Shown piece after piece: positions 36,975-46,041 of a stretch of DNA of 63,841 nucleotides; the first letter of the stretch is position 1, and each line of letters starts with the position of its first letter. The DNA is from an uncultured bacterium. GTDB taxonomy: Bacteria; Verrucomicrobiota; Kiritimatiellia; RFP12; UBA1067. Made by a program: the position numbers and the translations under genes. The notes beneath the pieces are model-generated. The model ran no database searches. It was not told the DNA's origin and worked only from the letters and a program-made list of their open reading frames with translations. Location: contig CAIZQW010000287.1 of assembly GCA_903935195.1 (NCBI GenBank), positions 1 through 63,841 of the forward strand, in the 5' to 3' direction.

Positions 36975-37043
36975 TTAACTTTTTTGGCCCTTCCGCGAGC
37001 CTCCCACATCAATTCCGATGACTATAATATTTAAGGTTTTCAT
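36975..37043 (-). pseudogene. Decayed 5' stub of a second DUF429 gene (22 codons, then a stop)
   Basis: Hand translation gives MKTLNIIVIGIDVGGSRKGQKS*. It matches MKRSNNTVIGIDVGGARKG of the intact DUF429 gene at 14/19 aa and 44/58 nt by my own alignment. Confidence 0.7.
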
Positions 37044-37095
37044 GGGGGTAAAAAGAGGTGAAATAACTTGATGGGGCTTCTTGCCTTCCGCAGTA

Positions 37096-39030
37096 TTATT
37101 TTGATCGAGTAAGAATATTTGTTACACTCGGTGACTTCATAAGTGTACCCAGTGAGGGGTTCAGTTTCAGTGCTTTTTCAAAGTGCGGTTGACTTGCTGC
37201 AATCGCACCTGTTTGAGAGAGCGCAACAGCAAGGTAAAAATAACTTTCAGCATGTGAAGGATTAAGTTTGCAAGACTCTTGATAGTGTGCAATCGCTCCT
37301 TGCATATCACCCTGGTTAAGACATGAATTTCCCAAATTGAAACTGTACATGCCGAGGTTGTAGGTTGCCATTGTAGATGCCGGCAGTGAGGGTGGAAGGT
37401 TCGTAATAACTCGATAGTCCGCCATTGCCTTTTCGATATCACCTTTCTTGATATAGACGGAGGCGCGATTGCCATACGCGGCACAATCTTTTGGATTGTT
37501 GGTTATGACCTTTGAGAAATATTCGAGTGCTGCATCTTCACGCCCACTTATTGCATCGTCCAGTGCCTCGTAAGTGGACAGCAAAGAAACGTTACCTTCC
37601 GTTCGCAATGATGTGTTCAGTCGCATCACTTCCTTTAAATCCCGAGCTGCCTGACTATATTTACTTTCTTTAGCAAAAGCTAAACTTCGCGCGATATATG
37701 CTTGTTCCATGTCTGGTCGCCTAGCAATAGCTTTATTAAATTCAAAAATTGCATTGCTAATAGAATTTTCGTTAAATAACGCCACACCTTTACTGTAGTA
37801 CGGCCATTCATTTGTATAGCCTAATAGAATTGCCTGATCGAAATCCCGTCGCGCTTCACTATATCGGTCCAACTCGCTCAATACTACTCCCCTCTCGTAT
37901 ATCAGACTTGCTTTGTTAGTGCCTGAGAGGGAAATGGCCTTAGAATAATTGGTGAGTGCTTCGTCTTTACGACCAAGGCTTTGAAGACATTGAGCCATAT
38001 GGGCATACGTTAAGGGATCGTCAGGCAGTAACGAAAGTGCCTTCAAGCTGTCTTGATAGGCATCTTGTAAACGGCCTTTCATTAACCGTATGCCGGTTCG
38101 GTTGCCATAAGCTACGCCAAGAGATGGATTCATTTGAATTGCACGTGTTAATTCTCTTTCTGCCGAATCAAAGTCCCCCGCCAAAATCAAACTGTTCGCA
38201 TTTGTAACTCTATAAGCTCCCGCGATCGGTGTGGTGCTCATTGAACCCAGCATGTGCATTGTTCCAGGGCCAAGTGACCTTATTCCCATTGCATCAAACC
38301 TTGGGAATTCGAGTCCAGATGAACCATCCTCAAGCATTAAACTTGCTGGAGGCGCGTTTGTGAAAAAAGAAACCGAAGAAAGGAAGTAATGTTCGCCTGG
38401 CGGCAAAGTTTTAAATGATTGATTACGGATACGAAATCCGGCATTCGCTTTTGGCGGAAGATGTGAAATTGTTAGCCAAAAAGCCTCATGATCTGTGGTG
38501 TCTCGTCCATGCATAACCGTTCCGTGAAATGCAATGAGTGCCTGATTAAATGGATCGCCAGAAATTGGTTGGGGCATCGCTGCGTTTGACGGTACATCAA
38601 TCATCTCCACCCCTACATCATTATTTGTCAATGAAAGTGTTGAAGAGCTGAGTTGAAGCTTAACGGTTACCTGATAAAGATCCACCTCGCCAATATTTCG
38701 GATAAAGAAGTTGTTTATGGTCTTTTTGGTGCCCAAACCGAGATCGATTCGCGTAGACGATAGGACTATGACTTCTTTAGTCTTTGGGAAATAGTAACTA
38801 CGTAGACCCAGTGTATCGTTCCAAAAACCAATGACAAGCGGAATCATAGTAAAAAACATGAACCAAAAATATTTCAAAAACCGAGTTTTTTGGGATATGG
38901 GTTGTTGCTCAAATGGTGTTGATGTCGGAGCGGGCACGGGCGTTTTGTGCGGCGCTTTCAAATGAACCTTCGGAACCCATTTTTTCCGTTTTTTCTTTTT
39001 GTTTTTGCTCATTTGTTGCGCAACTTTCAC
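37096..39030 (-). CDS. Membrane-anchored TPR-repeat protein
   Basis: 644 aa. It has a Lys-rich N-terminus and a TM helix (FLKYFWFMFFTMIPLVIGFW). An unknown domain of about 230 aa follows, then about 10 TPR-like repeats (AYGNR..., AESYFYLAVAL...). Confidence 0.75.
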   Translation of the reverse strand: MKVAQQMSKNKKKKRKKWVPKVHLKAPHKTPVPAPTSTPFEQQPISQKTRFLKYFWFMFFTMIPLVIGFWNDTLGLRSYYFPKTKEVIVLSSTRIDLGLGTKKTINNFFIRNIGEVDLYQVTVKLQLSSSTLSLTNNDVGVEMIDVPSNAAMPQPISGDPFNQALIAFHGTVMHGRDTTDHEAFWLTISHLPPKANAGFRIRNQSFKTLPPGEHYFLSSVSFFTNAPPASLMLEDGSSGLEFPRFDAMGIRSLGPGTMHMLGSMSTTPIAGAYRVTNANSLILAGDFDSAERELTRAIQMNPSLGVAYGNRTGIRLMKGRLQDAYQDSLKALSLLPDDPLTYAHMAQCLQSLGRKDEALTNYSKAISLSGTNKASLIYERGVVLSELDRYSEARRDFDQAILLGYTNEWPYYSKGVALFNENSISNAIFEFNKAIARRPDMEQAYIARSLAFAKESKYSQAARDLKEVMRLNTSLRTEGNVSLLSTYEALDDAISGREDAALEYFSKVITNNPKDCAAYGNRASVYIKKGDIEKAMADYRVITNLPPSLPASTMATYNLGMYSFNLGNSCLNQGDMQGAIAHYQESCKLNPSHAESYFYLAVALSQTGAIAASQPHFEKALKLNPSLGTLMKSPSVTNILTRSK

Positions 39031-39085
39031 AAGCGATACTTATGGATTGAAACTGCTAGCCTAATCCTCCGATGTAACACGTTTC

Positions 39086-41578
39086 TCACTCCCCCCAAAC
39101 CCGGGCGAGGGTAGTTTGGATTTTCTTCTCGAAGCGGGTGATGAGGTCGCGGTTGGCGTTGACAAGGGCTTGCTCAGCTTCAATCTCCGCAACAATTGCA
39201 CGCTGCGTCTCGATAGGAGGGAGGGGGATTTTCTGTTCCCGAACAAAGGAGAGATTCGCCATGCGAAACTTGCCTTCGCCTAACTTCAAAAACTCTGGAT
39301 AAAGTTGCTGTGCAGCATGAAATAGATATACCGGCTCCAGCACCTCCCGTGATTTGGGATAAATACCGGCGATGTTCTGATTCGTCGTGGATTCAAACTT
39401 CAAGATGGCGGTCTTGCCAATCGTTGCTCCTACCAACGCTATCAAAGTGGTATCTTTTGGAAGGATCTTAGCGGCAGAGTTCTTCAAGCCAGCATCGGTG
39501 ATGAACTCCTCAGCTTGTGTCACCTCTCCATCTTTACACACCGTTGAGCCAACCCAAGGAATGTGCCCGTTCCAGTAGGAATCCTCGGCACGGCTGGGCG
39601 TACCTCCTGAGCGGACCTCGCAAATTTTCTCAAGTGGCTCCATCGGCCACGTTGGATCGACGGGGATGTGGGGGCGGTAGTTGTTGAGGACGGTGCGGGC
39701 ACCGTTGATGATTTTCTGGTAGCCCTCAATCTCTGCCACGATCTCTTTCTGGATTTCAAGTGGAGGGAGGGGAATTTGGAACTGTTCTACATATCCCTTC
39801 GGCACTCGTTGTAGCCCACCTGTCCCAGTCATTTGTGCAATAGCAGATTCCCTGAAAGTCGAATGCATTAAGCAAAAGTAAATGTATTCGGCAAGAACGC
39901 AGTTGCTTGGTCGAAAAACATAAAATTCACTTGATCCAAAGCCCGTGCTGTTAACTAAGCCTTTGGCAATACCCGCTTTACCATTTTCAAAACAAGGTGT
40001 GACCTTTGCGAGCAGCACATCACCATCAGCAAAATAGGTATAACTTGCGCCCAACTCGCTGATTTTACGGGTTTCCTTGGCCTGAAACATTATTCTGTTT
40101 TCACCAATATCACTCATGGGCACAAAGGAAACAAGCGTGTCGGGCGGCAAGGTGAGCCCTTCGCGTTTTGGCGGGTTGATCGTGCAAACCGTTGCGAGCG
40201 GAACATGAGGGAAATGGGCACTGGATGCAGCCCCTTCCCGATACCGTTCTCCGCTCAGATTGTAGTCGCCATTGGTGGCGATCTTTTCTTTGGGAATGAC
40301 AAGACCTGTGGTTAGCGTGAGTTCGTCTGCGGACTGTCCACGGCGGAGGGCTTGGAGATAGGTATGTAGTTCGGCTTTGACTTGCGGCAGATCGTTCTTG
40401 GTGATTTCACGGCGCTGGGCGCCGAGGCCGAAGCCGTCATTTTCGACCTTGAAGAAGGCGATGGTTTTTGCCTTTTTAGCAAGGGTCTTATCGAGGATGA
40501 GGATCGATGTCTTAACGCCTGAGTAGGGATTGAAGCAACCTGCCGGAAGGGATATAACCGCGACAAGGGAGTTTTCGACGAGCATCTTGCGCAGGCTCTT
40601 GTAAGCATCCTGGCTCTGGAAGATGATGCCTTCAGGGACGATGATGCCGGCGCGTCCGTTCGGCGTGAGGTGTTCAGCCATGTAGTCCACGAAAAGGACT
40701 TCGCTGCGCTTGGCCTGGATGGAGAAGCGCTTGTGGGGCTTGATACCACCCTTTGGCGACATGAAGGGCGGGTTGGCTAAAATTACATCGGCGAAGTCGT
40801 TCCAGCGCTCTTCGGAGGTGAGGGTGTCGTACTCGTAGATATGCGGGGCGGCGAAGCCGTGCAGGTAGAGGTTCACGAGCGAGAGGCGCACCATATCAGG
40901 CGAGATGTCGTAGCCCTTGATATTTTCAGCGAGGCGACCACGCTCTTCAGGGGTGAGGGAGGAGTGGCCTTTGGCGTGGGTGTTGGCCTTGAGGATGTGC
41001 TTGTAGGCGGAGATGAGGAATCCAGCCGTGCCACAGGCGGGATCGAGGATGGTCTCGTTCTTCTTGGGATCAAGGACTTCGACCATGAAATCAATAATAT
41101 GGCGCGGGGTGCGGAACTGTCCAGCGTCGCCTTGGGAACCAAGGACACTGAGAAGGTATTCAAAGGCATCGCCGAGGCGTTCGCTGTGGTCGTAGCTGAA
41201 TTCATCAATGATCTTGAGGAACGCCTTGAGCGTCTCGGGGTCGCGATAGGGCAGATAGGCGTTCTTGAAGATATCGCGGAAGAGCAGCGGGATGCCGGGA
41301 TTTGCGGGCATCTTGTCGATAGCCTCTGCGTAAAGGGCGAGGGTCTCGTGTCCGCCCAGCCCAGAACGCATGAGCTTGGCCCAACCGTAGCGGGCGAAGT
41401 CGCCTGCGAAAAACTTACGCTTGCCGCCCAGCTCCGCAGATTCGGCATCCATGTCGTCCATGAATTTGTAAATCAGGGCGATGGTGATCTGTTCGACTTG
41501 GGATTTGGGGTCTGGTACTTTGCCCACAAGGATGTCGCGGGCGGAGTCGATGCGGCGCTTGGTCTCGGTGTCTAACAT
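39086..41578 (-). CDS. hsdM: Type I restriction-modification methyltransferase fused to a specificity subunit (HsdM-HsdS)
   Basis: N6-adenine MTase motifs are present (DPACGTAGFL, ILANPPFMSP). Two TRD regions follow, each closed by an HsdS conserved helix: PLPPLEIQKEIVAEIEGYQK and PLPPIETQRAIVAEIEAEQA. Confidence 0.85.
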   Translation of the reverse strand: MLDTETKRRIDSARDILVGKVPDPKSQVEQITIALIYKFMDDMDAESAELGGKRKFFAGDFARYGWAKLMRSGLGGHETLALYAEAIDKMPANPGIPLLFRDIFKNAYLPYRDPETLKAFLKIIDEFSYDHSERLGDAFEYLLSVLGSQGDAGQFRTPRHIIDFMVEVLDPKKNETILDPACGTAGFLISAYKHILKANTHAKGHSSLTPEERGRLAENIKGYDISPDMVRLSLVNLYLHGFAAPHIYEYDTLTSEERWNDFADVILANPPFMSPKGGIKPHKRFSIQAKRSEVLFVDYMAEHLTPNGRAGIIVPEGIIFQSQDAYKSLRKMLVENSLVAVISLPAGCFNPYSGVKTSILILDKTLAKKAKTIAFFKVENDGFGLGAQRREITKNDLPQVKAELHTYLQALRRGQSADELTLTTGLVIPKEKIATNGDYNLSGERYREGAASSAHFPHVPLATVCTINPPKREGLTLPPDTLVSFVPMSDIGENRIMFQAKETRKISELGASYTYFADGDVLLAKVTPCFENGKAGIAKGLVNSTGFGSSEFYVFRPSNCVLAEYIYFCLMHSTFRESAIAQMTGTGGLQRVPKGYVEQFQIPLPPLEIQKEIVAEIEGYQKIINGARTVLNNYRPHIPVDPTWPMEPLEKICEVRSGGTPSRAEDSYWNGHIPWVGSTVCKDGEVTQAEEFITDAGLKNSAAKILPKDTTLIALVGATIGKTAILKFESTTNQNIAGIYPKSREVLEPVYLFHAAQQLYPEFLKLGEGKFRMANLSFVREQKIPLPPIETQRAIVAEIEAEQALVNANRDLITRFEKKIQTTLARVWGE

Positions 41579-41584
41579 GGTTTC

Positions 41585-44125
41585 CTATGCTACGAATTGA
41601 TTGAGGCTGACGTAGTCCTTGATGTATTCGGGGATGAGATCGCGATACTTTTCAGGGACGGCCTTGAAGTCGCGTGTGGAAAAAACAGGATTCGTGGCCA
41701 GTTCGGTGAAGTCGTGGCTTTCGATGATGAGGCGGATCTGATCGCTGATAATGTAGGCCTTGAAATAGGTCTTGAGGGCCGGGATAGCCTCAGCTTCTTC
41801 GGGCTTGATGTCGGAGACGAACTTGGCGAACTCCTCTTCCAGTAGCTCGTCCTTGGACTTGAAACGGGGGATGAGTCCGAAGATTTTTTCGAGGATCTCG
41901 CGCAGCGTCAGTCGGCGGTCCACAGTCGCCGCCCTGCGCAATTTGTCGAGCGTGTAGTACTGCTCCGGCTTGTCGAAGACCTCTTGGTTGACGTACTCAA
42001 TGACACGATCCCATTGGCCCGCTTCAACGGCCTTGGCGATGGTTGCGTTTTCTCGGATGGACGATTCGAATTTCGCGAAGAACATGCGGTCGATCTTCAT
42101 GCCCTCGTAGCCGACGGCTTCTTCTTTGATAGATGAGATGATGTCCGAACCCAGATGCTCATACGCTTCTGGCTTGGCTGGCGGTTCTTCGCCACCGCCA
42201 CCGTCCTTGCCTTTGCCTGTGGGACGCGGCAGGACGAGCACTTCGTCGTAGTTAAAATCCTCTTCGAAATATTCGCAGTTACCAAAGAAGTCAAAAAGCT
42301 TGAACGCCTCTTTATGTGGCTTGACGACATTTTCCTTGAGTTCCACATCAAAAAGCTGGTCCCGAAAATCGTGTGTCCGGGTTCCGCGTCCCTTGATCTG
42401 GATGAAATCAGTCGGCGAGAAGATCGGACGGAAAAGGCCGAGGTTGAGGATGTCCGGGCAGTCATACCCTGTGGTCATCATGCCGACCGTGACGCAGACG
42501 CGCGCTTTGCTGGTCTTGTAGGCGGACAAGAAGTTGGCAGAGCCCAGGAGATTGTTGTTGCTAAAATTGATAGTGAACTGCTGGGCGTCTGGAATCTGAG
42601 AGGTGACCTGGATGGCAAAGTCTGACTGGTATTTCCCTGGAAACATTTTTTCCGCCATGAGATTCAGGATGTTGGCCAGTTTAGCCGCATGGTTCTGGCT
42701 GACGGCATAGATGATGGACTTGCCGATCTCACCGCTGACAGGATCGCGCAGCGCGTTTTCAAGAAAGGTCTTGCAGAAGAGTCCATTGGTGGCATCGGAA
42801 AAGAAGCGCTTTTCAAATTCGCGCTGCTTGTAAGCCTCTTCCTGGTCCTCGCCGGTGTCATCCGTGAAGGTAACGACAAAGCCTTCCTCTGAGAGCAGTT
42901 GCGTGGTGATCTCCGTCCGGGCATCCACGACAACGGGGTTGATCAGAAAGCCATCCTTCACACCGTCGAGCAATGAATATCTGAATGTGGGTTGGCTCTT
43001 CTCGCAACCGAAGGTGCGGTAGGTATCGAGAAGCAGGCGGCGCTCAGCTTCGCGCGGATCGCGAGTTGTCGGGGCGACCTTGTCGAAATGCTTGAGATAG
43101 TCGCGGGGTGTCGCGGTAAGTCCCAGCTTGTAGCCGATGAAATAGTCAAACACCGCGCGGGCATTTCCTCCGATCGAGCGGTGCGCTTCGTCAGAAATGA
43201 CGAGGTCAAAGTCGGTTGGCGAGAAGAGCTTCTGGTACTTGTTGTTGAAGAGCAGGGACTGGACTGTGGTGACGACGACCTCCGCCCGCCGCCAGTCATC
43301 GCGGTTCTCCTTGTAGATGACGGTCTGGAAATCAGCGGACAAAAGAGCAGAGAAGGCCTTTTTGGCTTGGTCTTCCAATTCAAGACGGTCTACCAGAAAG
43401 AGTACGCGCCGGACATTGCCCGAACGTAGAAAGAGCTTTATGATGGCGGCGGCTGTCAGCGTCTTGCCCGTACCAGTGGCCATTTCGAAAAGGAACCGGT
43501 CGTGTCCATCTTTGACTGCGGCCTGCAAGCCCTGGACCGCTTTCATCTGATAGGGACGAAGGAAGCGGAGTTTATTGGCCTGAATATAGCCCGGCCGTTC
43601 CGTCTCCTTCTTCCACGCCGCATCTGACTGATAAAGAGGCCGCTGGGTCAGGACGATATAATCGGCCCCCACCTGTTCTGTGACCAGACGGTTCGCATCA
43701 GGGGTGACCTTATGGTATCCAATGACCGACTCCGGCGTTGGAAAAGAGGTGATGATGTAGGGGCTGCCGCGCTCCAGATCCCAAAAGTAGTGGAGGTTCC
43801 CGTTTGAGAGGATGACAAAGCGGCAATTCTGAGAACGGGCATATTTTCGCGCTTGTTCTTTGCCCACGAACGGATTTTTGTTTTCCGCCTTAGCTTCAAG
43901 AACAATGAGCGGAAAGCCTTTTGCATCGAGGAGGAGAAAGTCAATGAACCCTTTTGAAACCTTTTCAAAGTCATTACCGAGTTCGTCGAGCGCATTCTGT
44001 TTCAGTGTGACACTGGGTTCGAGTTGGATATTGGCGGGGGCGTCACCCTTAGGAAAAAAACGCCAACCTGCAGCTTCCAGCAGGTTGTTAATCTTAATAC
44101 GGGCGTTTGCTTCTTTTTCCGACAA
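41585..44125 (-). CDS. hsdR: Type I restriction enzyme R subunit (HsdR family: PD-(D/E)xK nuclease plus SF2 helicase)
   Basis: N-terminal IDFLLLD...VLEAKA nuclease motif, Walker A MATGTGKT, DEAH box ISDEAHRS, and an EcoEI_R_C-like C-terminus. Confidence 0.85.
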   Translation of the reverse strand: MSEKEANARIKINNLLEAAGWRFFPKGDAPANIQLEPSVTLKQNALDELGNDFEKVSKGFIDFLLLDAKGFPLIVLEAKAENKNPFVGKEQARKYARSQNCRFVILSNGNLHYFWDLERGSPYIITSFPTPESVIGYHKVTPDANRLVTEQVGADYIVLTQRPLYQSDAAWKKETERPGYIQANKLRFLRPYQMKAVQGLQAAVKDGHDRFLFEMATGTGKTLTAAAIIKLFLRSGNVRRVLFLVDRLELEDQAKKAFSALLSADFQTVIYKENRDDWRRAEVVVTTVQSLLFNNKYQKLFSPTDFDLVISDEAHRSIGGNARAVFDYFIGYKLGLTATPRDYLKHFDKVAPTTRDPREAERRLLLDTYRTFGCEKSQPTFRYSLLDGVKDGFLINPVVVDARTEITTQLLSEEGFVVTFTDDTGEDQEEAYKQREFEKRFFSDATNGLFCKTFLENALRDPVSGEIGKSIIYAVSQNHAAKLANILNLMAEKMFPGKYQSDFAIQVTSQIPDAQQFTINFSNNNLLGSANFLSAYKTSKARVCVTVGMMTTGYDCPDILNLGLFRPIFSPTDFIQIKGRGTRTHDFRDQLFDVELKENVVKPHKEAFKLFDFFGNCEYFEEDFNYDEVLVLPRPTGKGKDGGGGEEPPAKPEAYEHLGSDIISSIKEEAVGYEGMKIDRMFFAKFESSIRENATIAKAVEAGQWDRVIEYVNQEVFDKPEQYYTLDKLRRAATVDRRLTLREILEKIFGLIPRFKSKDELLEEEFAKFVSDIKPEEAEAIPALKTYFKAYIISDQIRLIIESHDFTELATNPVFSTRDFKAVPEKYRDLIPEYIKDYVSLNQFVA

Positions 44126-44287
44126 TCAGACTCCTTGTTCAACAGACGGTTAGCTAGGCAACATCATTCAATGTTTCAGCATTTTACATCTTCTGTCTTT
44201 TTTGAACAAGGGAAAAGAATTGAAGGAGCTGTTTCAACTCCATTGGATGGAGCTCGGCGAGATCGCAGGTTATCAGATGGCCTATGT

Positions 44288-45982
44288 TCAGTAGGCGCGT
44301 TTGTTGACCTTGTCGCAGTAGTTGACAAGGGCCTGATTCACCACGCGATTACCGCCGGGGGTGGGGTAATTGCCGGAGAAGTACCAGTCGCCAGTGTGGT
44401 CCGGACAACAGAGGCGGAGATTTCCGAGCCGCTGGAAGACGACCGTGACCTTGGCCTTCAAACCATCAGGCGTGAGGAGGAGTCCGATCTCATGGCAGAG
44501 CTCATCGAAGGTGAAGGCCGCGTAGAGCGGCGCCACACGATTGCGCATGGCTACGTCCGGCTTCAGCAGATCTTCGCGGGCACAGCCCACGCATTCGTGA
44601 AGCAGGGACTCCTTGCCCGCCTTCTTCAAGAGCGAGATCACAGCCTGGAAGGCGATCAGCTCTCCCATGCTCGCCATGTCAATGCCATAGCAGTCGGGAT
44701 AACAGATGGGGGGCGCTGAAGAGACCACCACGATCTTCTTGGGCTCCAGCCTGTCGACAATCTTGAGAATCAGATTGCGCAGGGTCGTGCCGCGCACAAT
44801 CGAGTCATCCAACAGGACGAGATTATCCTGGTTCGGACGGATGAGTCCATAGACAATGTCATAGATATGCATGTCCAAGGCCTTACGTCGGTTGGCATCG
44901 GCAATAAAGGTTCTGAATTTAGCATCCTTGAGCACGACCTGGCCAAAGCGGAAGTTGCGCTTGTGGAGCAATTCATCGAGCACACCATGGAAGCTGATCT
45001 GTGCTGTGTTTGGAATATATGAGAAGAAGGTGTTGTCGTAATCCTGGTCAATCGCATCCAGAATCTGTGGAACCAGATGCTTGCCCATCAGCCGGCGTTC
45101 CTGTTGGATATCCGAATCATTTCCGCGCGAGAAATAGATTCGCTCGAAGACGCAGCGACGCGGCTCACGGGGAATCAGGCAGGGCCGTTCTTCCACGGTC
45201 TTCCCATCGCAGGAAATCAGGAGCAGGGTGCCAGGCGAGATCTCCTTCACAGCATCACTCTTCACATTGAAGGTGGTCTGGATGGCGGGACGCTCAGACG
45301 CCACAACCGCGACCTCATCGTCAAAGTAATAGAACCCCGGGCGTATACCGGCTGGGTCGCGCAATGCGAAAGCCGTACCATCACCCAAGATACCGCAGAT
45401 CAGGAAGCCGCCATCCCACGAGATCGCCGCCTTTGACAAGAGCATCGCGAGGTCGCCTTCAATCGGATTTCCAGCATCCAAGGCCTTCTCCAGTTCATGT
45501 CCGATCTGGTGAAGCAGGATGGTCGTATCCTGACGATTAGGCAAGTGGTGTCCCTTGCGCGTCAGGCTATCAAAGATTGCAGGGCTGTTGGTGAGATTGA
45601 AGTTACCGGCCAGCAACAAGGTCCGGTTACGGCAAACGCTGTATTTCAGCAAGGGGTGACAAGCTTCGATGGTCTGACCACCAAAAGTTCCATAACGCAG
45701 ATGCCCTAGAAAGATCTCTCCGAGAAAAGGCCGCTCCCATACCTGCTCCAGAACATTGGCCAGTGGATTACGGTCAGCCGATTTTTCAATGTGAAAGTAA
45801 GGTTCCCCTGGGGTAGACTCGATTTTCAGGGCTGCAATACCCGCGCCATCCTGTCCACGGTTATGCTGCTTCTCCATGAGAAGCGCCATCTGTTGCAAAC
45901 CATAGTGTTCAGGATAGGCTGTTAAGGGTTTACGCAACCTTAACAAGCCAACACCGCATTCATGTTTTAGTTCATCAGACAT
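44288..45982 (-). CDS. purF: Amidophosphoribosyltransferase (long class II glutamine amidotransferase form)
   Basis: N-terminal HECGVGLLRL (Ntn Cys) and the PRTase motif VLLDDSIVRGTT. 564 aa. Confidence 0.8.
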   Translation of the reverse strand: MSDELKHECGVGLLRLRKPLTAYPEHYGLQQMALLMEKQHNRGQDGAGIAALKIESTPGEPYFHIEKSADRNPLANVLEQVWERPFLGEIFLGHLRYGTFGGQTIEACHPLLKYSVCRNRTLLLAGNFNLTNSPAIFDSLTRKGHHLPNRQDTTILLHQIGHELEKALDAGNPIEGDLAMLLSKAAISWDGGFLICGILGDGTAFALRDPAGIRPGFYYFDDEVAVVASERPAIQTTFNVKSDAVKEISPGTLLLISCDGKTVEERPCLIPREPRRCVFERIYFSRGNDSDIQQERRLMGKHLVPQILDAIDQDYDNTFFSYIPNTAQISFHGVLDELLHKRNFRFGQVVLKDAKFRTFIADANRRKALDMHIYDIVYGLIRPNQDNLVLLDDSIVRGTTLRNLILKIVDRLEPKKIVVVSSAPPICYPDCYGIDMASMGELIAFQAVISLLKKAGKESLLHECVGCAREDLLKPDVAMRNRVAPLYAAFTFDELCHEIGLLLTPDGLKAKVTVVFQRLGNLRLCCPDHTGDWYFSGNYPTPGGNRVVNQALVNYCDKVNKRAY

Positions 45983-46041
45983 TGTGCATCTTCCAGTTTA
46001 CAATTCCCTTCTCCTGTCCAAAATGCACAACAGAGGGGAAC

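Larger units (their letters stand above)
31985..44125. other. Accessory/defence-type genomic island (R-M plus uncharacterised cassettes)
   Basis: A block of non-housekeeping genes lies between the sulfatase gene and purF. Spot GC counts are 33-40% at 33.7-39.0 kb, against 55-58% in the hsd genes and flanks. A decayed paralogue stub is present. No integrase or att repeat was found. Confidence 0.6.

Noticed and set aside
40841-41575. 244-codon plus-strand ORF inside hsdMS. Similar long antisense ORFs lie at 26723-27742, 58449-59273, 47892-48650, 44024-44719, 6926-7624 and 11774-12487.
   Set aside because: Each lies entirely within, and antisense to, a gene with strong family signatures. None has an RBS or a recognisable domain.
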